A DNA stretch of 64,000 bases from the human T2T-CHM13v2.0 reference genome, Homo sapiens. Positions 45,953 through 59,103 of this stretch are shown here, piece by piece. The first letter of the stretch is position 1, and every line of letters begins with the position of its first letter. The translations under genes and the position numbers were made by a program. The stretch lies in assembly GCF_009914755.1 (NCBI RefSeq), contig NC_060939.1. One strand, 5' to 3'. Below the pieces are notes generated by a model. That model did no database searches, had not been told where the DNA came from, and saw only the letters and a program-made list of their open reading frames with translations.

Positions 45953-46712
45953 TAAAGGCAATTTCTTTATTCCTGAATTAGTTTTTGAGTGCAAGATAAT
46001 GTGTTTGTCACAATTTATATTTCTTCCAGAAAAACTTTTTATATTTAGGGAATATTCTTTCTTGTCATTTGTTTTTTCATCTCTTCTTTGTTTTTGTAGT
46101 CTTTGTGACTATCATGTATTAGTTTCCTATTGTTGTTGTTGTTCTGTCATTTTTTTAAAGGAGATGGGTTTTTCTTGTGTCATCTAATAAAGGAGCATTG
46201 CAGGCAAGGATAGATTCTCCATGCTTCAAAGTAGTGCATTTGGACACAGGGTGATATATCCATGAATCCTTTTAGCCTTTATGTCTTTCCAGACAACTGT
46301 GATTGGCAGCTGCCAGACTCTTCACAATACAGCCCCTTTCCTCCACCCTGGTTCTCTAACATCTTACTCATCACATTACTGTATCTGGATAGTTCCTTTG
46401 TTTGTTGGTTCTTCCTTGATTTATTTTACTGTCATACCATGTTCAGGACATATCTTTTTCATCATTCCAAATAATTATTGGTTTTATAAATCAGAATGGG
46501 ATCTGTAATTTCAATTACAGAGTTCTGTTAGTTTCACTTGAGATCTGTAGCTGTAGCACTACTCGGCTTCCCACTGGGCCTTCAGTCTTCAATGTATTTG
46601 CCAGTCCTTTCTCATATATTGTGTTTTGAATTACAGACAATAGTTTTTATCTAAGACAAGTTTGGTTTTATCTAATACAGGTTTCTCTCTCTTTCTTTCT
46701 CTTTCTCTGTGC

Positions 46713-46743
46713 CACACACACACACACACACACAAACACAAAC
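46713..46743. repeat. (CA)n microsatellite after a CT-rich tract
   Basis: Seen directly. Confidence 0.85.
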
Positions 46744-47649
46744 AATAAGATGAAAGGAAAAAGAAAGAAGTGAGATTTATTTTTATTCATTTTTTAAATG
46801 GAAACTCAAGTAACTCAAAGCTCACACTTGAACTTACTGTACATTACCAATGCCCCACTATTATTTTCCTAAGAATCTAGCATCTTAGATTCATTTTCAT
46901 CACAACTGAGGCTTCAGGTATTCACAAAGTTGTTTTCTTCTACTTTATAAAGTACTAAGTGAGATGATATTTACTATGTTGTAAATGAGAAACAAGGTGA
47001 AAGATTTGGGCTTTAAGACAATTTTTTAAAGTTCTGTTAAGAGTCGTTACATATCTCCTTATGAATCATAAATTCACCCTCAATTACTACTGGTCACTTA
47101 TGACCATGTGATATGCTTGGAGACTTCCTGAATCCCTGCTCTAAAAAGCTTGAGTGTATATACAACACATGTTTTCTATCTTTATTCAGTATGTCTTGAC
47201 ATCTCCTCATTTAGGAAATAGCTTCTTTCTTTCAAAAGTTTATCCTTTTTATTTTTTGCCCTAAAGGCAATCACCTTTTACTACTTCCTTATTCTCTTTT
47301 TCTCCTTCCCCTGTATCTTAGAAGCTTCCATCTCTGTTGAGCCTCCGATCAGCTTTTCAATGTTCCCTCTGGTCCCACCTACCAAAAAGTCTGCACTCAC
47401 ACCCCCAGCCCTTCAGTCAACTCTGCCATTCTGTTTTACTCTTTTCAAATAAACTAATTGAATAGCTAGGCAACTTAATGTTATTGTTTCTATTTTACTG
47501 ATAAGAGATTGAGGTGATAAGATGTTAAGTGATCTAGACTTGTACTATAAGGCCATCTCTTAAGAGAAAATCATCTCCCTACAAAGATTTCCCTGTTACC
47601 TGCATAGCACTGATTGCCAAATGTACAAATATGGATTTGATTTATCACA

Positions 47650-48070
47650 CTGCTAGAGAGTGCCAGGGTAGCTTTTATGGAATAATTTTCAAAGTGACAT
47701 CTGAATTAACACCTAGGTAATGAGATCTGGAGCTACGAAGGTTCTACTGAAGAGAACAGAGGTAGGAATGAGCTTGGCCAACTAGAGGAACTGAAGGAAG
47801 GCCAGTGTAGTCCAAATGCAGTGAACCAAGGGAAGAGTAGGTAAAGATGAATTTATAAAGATGCAAAGGCCATATCTCTGAGGGCCAAGTGGGCCTTCAT
47901 ACAGGATGTGGACCTCCTTTTAAATTTAGTAGGAAGCAAGGTTTGCAGAGATCACTCTGGCTGCTCCGTGTAGACCAGTTTGGAGACTATACAATGACCC
48001 AAGTTAGACGGGGTGATAGTTTAGACTAGAGCAGTGATATGTACTATAGATGATCATATTTTGAAGGTAC
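47650..48070 (-). mobile_element. L2 relic
   Basis: aggaatgagcttgg...gaggaactgaaggaaggccagtgt...gatcactctggctgct. Confidence 0.65.
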
Positions 48071-50747
48071 TTCAAGGTTCTTAGGCAAATGCTGTTTTAT
48101 CAATATCTCTTGTTTTCCCTGATGTATGCTCTTAAATTGCACCCTTAGCTGAAGGAGTGATTTCTTGTGTGTGGTAACAATAACATCCTCCGTTTGTAGA
48201 ATATTTTTTATTCTTCAAAGTTCTTGGACATTATTTGTGGCAAGGACAATACTGATCCATATTTTAGTCATAAAATATTTAAATATTAAAAGACAGTGTT
48301 AAATGAAGTTTTAAGGTTGACACCCAACCTATCAAATTTAAGAATTTGATAATATAGTTTGAGTCTGTGGATTAAAACAACATGATATAAAACTCTCCAT
48401 TGAATAAACGTTGCTTCAAAGCTACTTTATGAAATTTAAGTGCGAGATCTGGGTAAAAGGACATGAGCTGCATTGACTGCTGAAGTAGGACTCAGGAGTG
48501 GAGTGGGTATGAAGTTGAAATGGAGGGGGATACCACTAGGAGTATAAGAAAGGACATTATCTGAGCCACAGATCAGCCAGACAGACAGGTCTACACAGAC
48601 ACAGCTGAAGGCCTCTGAGTGGGCTTCTGATATTAGGTACAAAAATTTAAAATATTTATTTTTGAAAGCAGCATTAAACACTAAACATGTTTTTGTGAGA
48701 AAAAAATAAGACAAAAATCCTCAGTGAAACTCAAACAGGAAAGGATCAAAGAATTCATAATTTAGACTCTATTTCCATTTAGTTTGTCATCTTTTCTCAA
48801 AAATTACATTTACCTCCTGGCATTCCACGAATAGAATATTGAGTTGGGTTAGCTTTTCAGGATCGGAAGTTTTGTGTGGAAGTGTCTGCAGTTTTTTTGG
48901 TTCTTCCCCATGATCTCTGATACTGCACATACAAAAATGGAATTTCAATCCTGGTTATTCTCCAGCTGTACCATAAACAACTCTGGTAGCAGAGGAAAAA
49001 AGCCTACACTCTAAGAAGGAGCCAGGTTTATGCCCTACACCCCTGTTTACATCATTGGCTGGCAGATAAAATGTATGCTGAGAGAACAGTCGTTAATTTA
49101 ACAATTCAAACACTGCCATTCCAAGACATTTTTGCACTGTAGCTTTGCTATGGAACAAAGGCATAATGAATAACATTTGTTTTGGAAAGAGCTGTGGGGA
49201 TGCGAATTCTTCCTTTATTCATTCAGTAAATAGTATTGTGTGGTCAACCCTGTACTGTTTGGATAGCGAGGTGGTAGAGTAGCAGGACAGAAGCAGCGCC
49301 TTTTGCACCATAGATAGACAATGAATACAGCATTAATGTCATGAAGTTCCCAGGTACAAGGTAAGCCACGCTTTATATAACCTAAACTTCTCTGAATATT
49401 GAGGATCCCCTAATACTTGCTCTTTCGTCTCTATACTCTTACAGATCATCTCTCATTACCATTTTATTTGTACTTTCTCTTCAGCAATGTTTAGCAAAGT
49501 GGTTTTGTTGTAAGTGGTATAATATGACATTGCAGAGAAGTGCAGCCAGGAGAGAGTGCTAATGGTTGCAATGAAGACATCTTATTGCAGTTGGTTAAAA
49601 TTGTTCAAATTACCTGTTACTTGATAATATACCAAAGCTGGTATATTAATTTAAATTAATTAAAATCATCTGCCCAGCTTACTTTACCACAACTGTGTCT
49701 TATTCTGTCTTTTTACTGACACCTTGAATATGTGCAAGTTCTCCCCCTTTCTCATAGAACCAAGTATCTGTGACCATCTTTATCTCATGCCAAACTTATG
49801 AACACTGAAACAGTTCCCTGTAGTCATCCAAGCAGATTATGTTTTACCATGTGGGAAAGCTCTTTTATGAATAGGAGATGAGGTTTATTTTTCTCCCTAC
49901 TAAAAGTATAACACACTCTTATTTTCTAAACAAAATATAATCTCCTTAAGTATATAGGTGAATTTGCAAGAAAATAAGGGAACTTTTTACAGGTCAAGCA
50001 ACTAGTGAAAGTGGAAATGCAGAGAGACAAGCAAACAGCTGTCAACTGTTCTGGGGCAAATGCTGATCTCACAAGCCCAGATCTTCAGCTTTAGCAGCAT
50101 GCAGGCTACTGGAGAAAAAAAAAAAAATCCTGCAACCTCCAGAAATGAGACTTTATAGTAGAGATCCCTGCAAAAAGTGGGACTTTTGGATCTATTCCAC
50201 ATTCAATTTTCCATATAATAGAAAAAGAGAAAACATTCTCCAAGTTATTTTATGAAACTGGTGTAACCATAGTACCCAAATCAGATAAGGACAGTACGAA
50301 GCAGGAAAGTTGCAGACCATGTTCACTCATGAGTTTAAATAAAAAATTAATAAATGGAATATTAACATCCAACAATTGTATAAAAGACAATATATCATGA
50401 CCAAGTTAAGTTAAATCCAGGCTTTCAAGTTTAACTTGACTTGCAGTCAGTGAGTAATGTACCAATCTACAGTAGCTGATTAAAGGAGAAAAATTATGTG
50501 ATCATTTCAATAGATGAAAAGTCATTCAAGACTAAAAGTCCTTCATAATTTTTGAGAAAGAAATTCCAGTAAATTATATGGAAAATATCTTAACCCGATG
50601 AACTTATATAATAAAAACCTAAAGGAACAGTCATGCTTAACAGTAAAAAACTGAAATATTTACTTTAATTCCAGGGATGAGAAAATGTATCTATTATATC
50701 ATCACCTCTGCTCAGTATTGTTTTGGAGATTCTAAGGAGCACCATAA

Positions 50748-50840
50748 AGCACACCAACATGGCACATGTATACATATGTAACAAACCTGTACGTTGTGCC
50801 CATGTACCCTAAAACTTAAAGTATAATAATAATTAAAAAG
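50748..50840 (+). mobile_element. Extremely 5'-truncated young L1PA 3' stub (about 90 bp)
   Basis: agcacaccaacatggcacatgtatacatatgtaacaaacctg...taccctaaaacttaaagtataataat. Confidence 0.9.
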
Positions 50841-50964
50841 AAAAATTAAAGGTATAACATTTGGAAAATAGAAAACAAAACTTTCATTATTAGCAGATGA
50901 TATGTTCTACATAGAAAATGCAAAAGAAACTTCAAACAAATTATTAGTTTTAATAAGTACATTT

Positions 50965-51250
50965 GGCTGGGCACAGTGGCTCACGCCTGTAATCCCAGCA
51001 CTTTGGGAAGCCAAGGCAGGCAGATCACCTGAGGTCAGGAGATCGAGACCAGCCTGGCCAACATGGCAAAACCCCATCTCTACTAAAAATACAAAAATTA
51101 GCTGGGCACCTGTAATCCCAGCTAAGTGGGAGGCTAAGACAGGAATCACTTGAACCCAGGAGGCGGAGGTTGCAGTGAGCCAAGATCACACCACTGCACT
51201 ACAGCCTGGGTGACAGAGTGAGACTCCATCTCAAAAAAAAAAAAAGAAAA
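50965..51250 (+). mobile_element. AluS with a small internal deletion
   Basis: Alu dimer; TSD taataag(t/c)acattt at 50951-50964 and 51253-51266. Confidence 0.93.
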
Positions 51251-51444
51251 ATTAATAAGCACATTTAGAAAGACGCTGGATAGGTTTAATATACAAAACT
51301 CAATTGCATGATTACATTTTAAGCACATCTCTGTAAGGAGGCTTTGAGAATAATTGAGTTGTGGATGCAAACTTTTTCACATTTAAAACTTTGCCTGAAG
51401 TGCATCTTCTGGCTGTAAAAGGAACCTTTAAAAATAAAGCATCT

Positions 51445-54400
51445 GGGGGACATCAGATTAAGATGGAGGATAGGAGGCAGGACTGGCTTGCAGCTCCTGC
51501 TCAGACAGAGAGAGCAATATGTGAATACTCACATCATGAACTTTTGCTCCAAGAACTAGTGCAGGAACATACTAGGAAAGTCGAGAGAGTTCACAGACCC
51601 TCTGAAGGAACTGGATCACTGCTGCAGGCTCCCTGAGACACCAAAAATCTGTGTCTTTTTGCATTATCAACAAGGAGGCTCATGGTCTGAGGCAAGTCCT
51701 CAGCCCTGGTCACCAGCTGCCTGGAAATAGACTTGGTGCTGTTGGAGGGGTATGATGGGAGTGAGACAGGCCTTTAGGACTGCAGGCTGTGTGGGAGTGG
51801 GGTGAGGCTTGTGACTGCCAGCTTTTCCTCACTTCCCTGGAAACCTATATGGCTTAGCAGAAGCAGCCATAATCTCCCTGGGAATGTAACTCCATTGAAC
51901 TGGGAACCACACCCCTATCCCACACAGCACATTCATCAAGCCCTGCCGAAGGAGGGGCTGAGCTCAGACATGCCTATCCCTACCTCCACCTGGTAGTCTT
52001 TCTCTACCTGCCCTGGTAGCCAAAGACAAAGCTCATGATCTCTTGGCCCTGCCCACCACCTGAGAAACCTGAATACTTAACCAGATGCCCCTAGGGGAAG
52101 TTTGCATCCTCCCTGTAGAACCACAGCTGATGTACTCTTGAAAACACCACCTCCTGGCTAGAGGCCAATCAATACAAAACCAGCATACTAAACAAAAACA
52201 CAACCAAGGATCCTCACAGTGTCCACTTCACTCCCCTGCTACCTCCAGTGGAGCAGATGCTGGTATCAACAGCTGCAAGAGCTGAAAATGGATCATATCA
52301 CAGGACACTTTGCTGACACTCCCCAGTACCAACCCAGAGCCTGGTAGCTCCACTGGGTGGGTAGACGCAGAATAACAAAAACAATCACTATAGTTTGGCT
52401 CTCAGGAAGCCCCTCTCCTAGGGGAAGTAGGAGAGCACCACATCAAGGGAGCACTCCGTGGGACAAAAGATCTGAACAGCAGCCTTTGAATCCCAGATCT
52501 TCCCTCTGACATAGTCCACCCAAATGAGAAGGAACTGGAAAAACAAGTGTGGTAATATGACAAAACAAGTTTCTTTAACACCCCCAAAAGATCATAAGCA
52601 GTTCACCTGTAATGGATCCAAATCAAGAAAACAATCTCTGAATTGCCAGAAAAAGAATTCAGAAGGTTAATTGTGAAGAGAAAGGTGAAGTCTAACTTAA
52701 ATCAAAAATGTGATACAGGATATAAAATGAAAAATCTTTAGTGAAACAAAAAGCATAAATAAAAAACAATTACAGCTTCTGGAAATCAAGAACACACTCA
52801 GAGGAATGCAAAATACACTGGAAACTCTCAGCAATAGAATCAAACAAGCAGAAGAAAGAACTTCAGAGCTCGAAGACAGGCTTTCCGAGTTAACCCAATC
52901 CATCAAAGACAAAGAAAAAAGATTTTTAAGAAATGAACAAAGCTTCCAAGAAGTTCAGGACTATGTTAAAAGTCCAAACCTAAGAATAATTGGTGTTTCC
53001 ACAGAAAAAGAGAAATCTACAAGTTTGGAAAACATTTTTGAGGGAATAATTGAGGAAACCTTCCCCAGCCTTGCTAGAGAGCCACACATCCAAATATAAG
53101 AAGCTTCAATAAACCTGGGAAATTCATTGTAAAATGATTATCCCCTAGGCACATAGTCATCAGGTTATCTGAAGTCTAGACAAAGGAAAGAATCTTAAGA
53201 GTTGTGACGTAAAGCATCAGGTAACCTATAAAGGAAAATCTGTCATATTAACAGCAGATTTCTCAGCAGAGATCCCACAAGCTAGAAGAGATTGGAGTCC
53301 TATTTTTGACCTCCTTAAAAAAAACAATTATAAGCCAAGAATTGTGTATTCAGCAAAGCTAGGCTTCACAAATGAAAGAAAGATACAGTCTCTTCCAGAC
53401 AAACAAATGCTGACAGAATTTGCCACTACCAAGACAGCACTACAAAGACTGTTAGAGGAGCTCTAAATCTTGAGATAAATCTTCTAAATAAACCAAAATA
53501 GAACCTACTTAAAGCACAAATCTCACAGGACCTATATAACAACACAATGAAAACAAAAACCAAGGTATTCAGTCAACAAATACTATGATGAATAGAATAG
53601 TATCACACATCTCAATACTAACATTGAATGTAAATGGCCTAAATGTTCTACTTAAAAGATACAGAATGGCTGAATAGATGAAAATTTACTAAGTTTTTGC
53701 TATTTTCAGGAGACTGATAACAAATAAGGACTCATATAAACTTAAAGGGGTGGAAAAAGATATTCCATGCAAATGGACACCAAAAGTGACTAGGAGTAGC
53801 TATTCTTATATCAGACAAAACAAACTTTAAAGCAATAGCGGTTAAAAAAGACAAAGAGAGACATTATATGATGATAAAAGGACTAATCCAACAGGAAAAT
53901 ATCACAATTGTGAATATATGTGCACCTAACACTAGAACTCCCAAATTTATAAAACAATTACTTCTAGACCTAAGAAAGGAGAGAGACAGCAACATATTAG
54001 TAGGGGTCTTTAATACTCCACTGACAGCATTAGATGAGTCATCAAGACGGAAACTCAGCAAAGAAACAATGGACTTAAACTATACCCTACAACAAATGGT
54101 CTTAATAGATACTTGCAGAACTTTCTACCTAACAACTGCAGAATACACATTTTATTCATCAGCACATGGAACATTCTCCTGGATAGACCATATGACAGGC
54201 CACAGAACAAGTCTCAGTACATTTAAAACCATTGAAATTGTATCAAGTACTCTCTCAGAACCCAGTGGAATAAAATAAAAAGAAAGGAACCCTCAAAACC
54301 GTGTAAATACGTGGAAATGAAATAACCTGCTCCTGAATGATCATTGGGTCAACAATGAAATCAAGATGGGAATTAAAAAATTCTTTGAACTGAACAGTAA

Positions 54401-57244
54401 TAGTGACACAACCTATCAAAACCTCTGGGATACAGCAAAAGTGGTGCTAAGAGGAAAGTTCATATCATTAAATGCCAACATCAAGAGTCTGAAAGAGCAC
54501 TCAGACAATCTAAGGTCACACCTCATGGAACTGGAGAAACAAGAGCAATCCAAACCCAAGCCCAGCAGAAGAAAATACATAACAAAGATCAGAGCAGAAC
54601 TAAATGAAACTGAAACAAACAAACAAAAAATACAAAAGATAAATGAAACAAAAAGTTTGTTCTTTGAAAAGGTAAAATTGATTAACTGTTAGTGAGATTA
54701 ACCAAGAAAAGAGAGAAGATCCAAATAGGCTCAGTTAGAAACGAAACGTGAGATATTATAACTGATACCACAGAAATACAAGATATTCAAGGCTACAATG
54801 AACACCTTTATGCACATAAACTAGAAAACCTAAAGGAGATGGATAAATTCCTGGAAATATACAACCCTCCTAGATTGAACCAGGAAGATATAGAATCTCT
54901 GAACAGACCAATAACAAGCAGCAAGATTAAAATGGTAATAAAAAAGTTGCCAACAACAAAAATGTCCAGACCAGAGAAATTAATAGCTGAATTCTATCAG
55001 ACATCCAAAGAAGAATTGAAACCAATCCTATTGACACTATTCCAAAAGATGGAGAAAGAGGGAATCCTCCCTAAATCATTCTATGAAGCCAGTATCACTC
55101 TAGTACCAAAACCAGGACAGGACATATCAAAAAAAGAAAACTACAGACCAATACTCCTGATGAATATAGATGCAAAAATCGTCAACAAAATAATAGGGAA
55201 TAAAATCTAACAGCATATCAAAAAGATAATCCACCAAGATCAAGTGGGTTTCATACCAGGAATGCAGGGATGGTTTAACATACTTAAGTCAATAAATATG
55301 ATACGCCACATAAACAGAATTGAAAACAAAAGTCACATGATTATCTCAATAGACACAGAAAAAGCATTCGATGAAATCTAGGATCATTTTATGATTAAAA
55401 TCCTCAGCAAAATTGTTATAGAAGGGACATATGTTAAGGTAATAAATCCATCTAGGACAAACCCACAGCCAACATTATACTAAATGGGGAAAAGTTGAAA
55501 GCATTTCCCCTGAGAACTGGAACAAGTCAAGAATGCTCACCCTCACTACTTCTATTCAATATGGTACTGAAAGTCCTAGCCAGAGAAATCAGACAAGAGA
55601 AGGAACTAAGGGGCATCCGAATTGGTAAAGAGGAATTCAAACTGTTACTATTTGCTGATGATGTGATTGTATACCTAGAAAACCCTAAAGACTCATCCAA
55701 AAAGCTTCTAGAACTGGTAAATGAATTCGGTGAAGTTTCAGGATATAAAATCAATGTACACAAATTGGTAGCTCTGCTATACACCAGCAATGAGCAAGCT
55801 GAGAATCAAATCAAGAACTCAACCCCTTTCACAGTAGCTGCAAAAAAAAATTAAATAAATTGTTAAGAATATACCTAACCAAGAAGGTGAAAGACCTCTG
55901 CAAGAAAAACTACAAAACCCTGCTGAAAGAAACCTTAGATGACACCAACAAATGGAAACACATCTCATGCTCATAGATGGATAGAATCAATATTGTGAAA
56001 AGGACCATACTGCCAAAAGCAATCTACAAATTCGATACAATTCCTATCAAAATGCTACCATCATTCATCACATAACTAGAAAAAACCATTGTAAGACTCA
56101 TATGGAACCAAAAAAGAGACCTCATAGCCAAAGCAAGACAAAGCAAGAAGAACAAATATGGAGGCATCACATTACCCAAATTCAAACTATACTATAAGCC
56201 ATAGTCACCAAAATAGCATAGTACTGGTATAAAAATTGGCACTAGACCAATGGAACAGAATAGAGAACCCAGAAATAAACCCAAATACTTAGAGCCAACT
56301 GATCTTCAACAAAGCAAACAAAAACATAAAGTGAGGGAAATCATCCCATTCAACAAATGGTACTGGGATAATTGGCAAGCCACATGTAGAAGAATGAAAC
56401 TGGGTCCTTATCTCTCACCCTATATGAGAATGAACTGAAGATGGATCAAAGACTTAAATCTAAGACCTGAAACCATAAAGATTCTAGAAGATAACATTGG
56501 AAAAGCCCTTCTAGACATTAGCCTAGGCAAAGATTTCATGACCAAGAATCCAAAAGCAAATGCAATGAAAACAAAGATAAATAGATGGGACTTAATTAAA
56601 CTAAAAAGCATCGGCACAGCAAAAGAAATAAACAGCAGAGTTAACAGACCATCAACAGAATGGGAGAAAATCTTTACAATCAATACATCCGACAAAGGAC
56701 TAATATCCAGAGTTTACAGGAACTCGAACAATTCAGCAAGGAAAAAAATTTCTATCAAAAAATGGGCTAAGGACATAAATATACAATTCTCAAAGGAAGA
56801 TATAAAAATGGCAAAAATAAAAAAGGCCAACAAGCATATGGAAAGATGCCCAACATCACTAACTGTCAGAGAAATGCAAATCAAAACCATAATGCAATAC
56901 CATCTCACTGCTGCAAGAATGGCCATAATAAAAATATCAAAAAATAATAGATGTTGGTGGGGATGCAGTGAAAAGGGAACATTTTTACACTGTTGGTGGG
57001 AATGTAAACTAGTACAACCACTATGGAAAACAGTGTGAAGACTCCTTAAAGAACTAAAAGTAGATCTACTGTTGATCCAGCAATCCCACTACTAAGTGTC
57101 TATTCAGAAGAAAAGAAGTCACTATACCAAAAAGATACTTGTACACGCGTTTATAGCAGCACAATTTGCAATTGCAAAAATATAGAATCAGTCCAAATGC
57201 CCAACAATCATGAGTGGATAAAGAAAATGTAGTGTGTGTGTATA

Positions 57245-57294
<50 letters not shown>

Positions 57295-58123
57295 TATATA
57301 TGTATATATATATACACCTATATATATTTTATGACTGAGTAGTATTTCATTGTGTGTATTCGATATATTTTATGACTGAGTTGTATTCCATTGTGTGTAT
57401 TTTATAAAATGGAATACTACTCAGTCATAATATATACATTTTCTTTATCCACTCGTGATTGATTGGCATTTATACATATATGTATATATACACACATATA
57501 TACACATATACATATATATGTATATATACACACACATATAGATATACACATGTGTATATGTCTGTGTATATATACGTGTATGTATATACACATTCTGTGT
57601 ATATATACGTGTATGTATATACACATACATATACACATACATATACACGTATATATACATATATACACAGACATATACACATGTGTATATGTATATGTGT
57701 GTGTATATACATATATGTATATGTGTATATATACACACACACACAATGGAATGCTACTCAGTCATAAAAAGGAACAAAATAATGGCATTTGCAACAACCT
57801 GGTTGGAATTGGAGACTATTACTCTAAGTGAAGTAACTCAGGAATGGAAAACCAAACATTGTATGTTCTCACTCATATGTGGGAGCTAACCTATGAGGAC
57901 ACAAAGCCATAAGAATCATACACTGAACTTTGGGGACTCGGGAAAGGTTGGGGGTGTCAAGGGATAAAATACTACACATTGGGTACAGTGTACGCTGCTT
58001 GGGTGATGGGTGCACCAAAATCTCAGAAATCACGAAAGAACTTATTCATGTAACCAAACACCACTTGTTCCCAAAAACCTATTGACATAAAAAGATTAAA
58101 AATTGAAAAAAAAAAAAAAAAAA
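51445..58123 (+). mobile_element. Near full-length, inactive L1PB1-like LINE-1 (5' UTR, broken ORF1 and ORF2, 3' UTR, poly(A))
   Basis: 5' aagatggaggataggaggcaggact; ORF1 fragment (PNLRIIGV); EN fragments (ITIVNICAPN, HGTFSWIDH); [16 protein letters not shown]; L1PB 3' end gggtgatgggtgcaccaaaatctc; A tail; many stops and frameshifts. Confidence 0.92.
57231..57744. repeat. Complex (TG)n/(TA)n/(CA)n expansion containing inverted copies of the flanking L1
   Basis: Seen directly (see findings). Confidence 0.9.
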
Positions 58124-58846
58124 CCAAAACCACCTCAATTCCGTTTTTACATACTGTCAATAAAGATAAATATAATTCAATAAAAAAGAATTTGCGATAT
58201 TAACAGTAGTATAAGGGCTGTAGGCATAAACTAGATTGTGGTTGATATTTATGCCATTTATGGAAAAAAATTAAAGATTAAACAAATGGAGATATTTACC
58301 ATGTTTATAGATAGGATAACCAGATATAAAGTATCAAATTCTCTCTCAATTTGTCTACACGTTTAATGTGATTACAATTAAAATCTCAACAAATTGTTTT
58401 TATTCACTCAAGAAAGTTGTAAAACTTTTCTGCAAAACAAAGCAAAAATAGCTAAAATCTTAAGAAAAAGAACAAGGTAGAAGTACTTACTTTACCAGAT
58501 AAGTAACTTATTTTTAAGCTAATGATTAAGACAGAGTCATGTTGAGGAAAGCAAGAGAATTATTATCACAAAATTCAGGATAGTAGTTAACTTTGGAGGA
58601 GAGGGAAAAAGAGAATATTTGGGAAAGTCGACAGTATTGGAAATCTTTTTTGAACTGAGTAGAAAATACATGAGTGATTTTTATTATTGCCATGCATATG
58701 TGACCTACATCATTACATATAAGTCATTTAATCATAAAACAGTTTCAATGTCATGTTAAAAATCATTTTAATTCTAAAATATGTTTTATTCTTTTAATAT
58801 GTACCATCAGACTTCCGTAATCCCATAATTGGGAGATATTATAAGT

Positions 58847-59103
58847 AATGGTTTCCTAATCCTGACTGATAATCAGAGAACTGAAAGAGTTTTAAAAATA
58901 TAGATTTTATGACTCCCTAACGGTCTGTTAAATCAGAATCTTGCTAAATCATATCTTGGGTCAGGGAATATGGTGAAAGAAAAAATGATTGGTAGTGTAG
59001 TACTCTGTTTTAAAAATCAAACATCCACTCCTCTCCCATTTGTTATTGTTTCTGTTTAATTCTCCTGGTGAGTCTAATGATCAACTAGTTAAGAGAACCA
59101 CTG
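58847..59103. mobile_element. MER5A-like hAT-Charlie MITE relic
   Basis: Ends aatggtttcctaa / gagaaccactg; internal ttaaatcagaatct. Confidence 0.5.

Larger units (their letters stand above)
50200..58750 (+). mobile_element. Old L1M(E) ORF2/3' host element (50200-51305 and 58134-58750) carrying nested insertions
   Basis: ORF2-like ttttatgaaactggtgtaacc, catttcaatagatg, ttagcagatgatatg; resumes after the L1PB tail at ctcaattccgtttttacatac. Confidence 0.65.

Noticed and set aside
52806-57038. L1 ORF1/ORF2 fragments as an active retrotransposon
   Set aside because: Many stops and frameshifts; ancient L1PB family
57066-57889. Stacked Tyr/Ile/His/Cys-rich ORFs
   Set aside because: Artefact of stop-poor alternating purine-pyrimidine microsatellite
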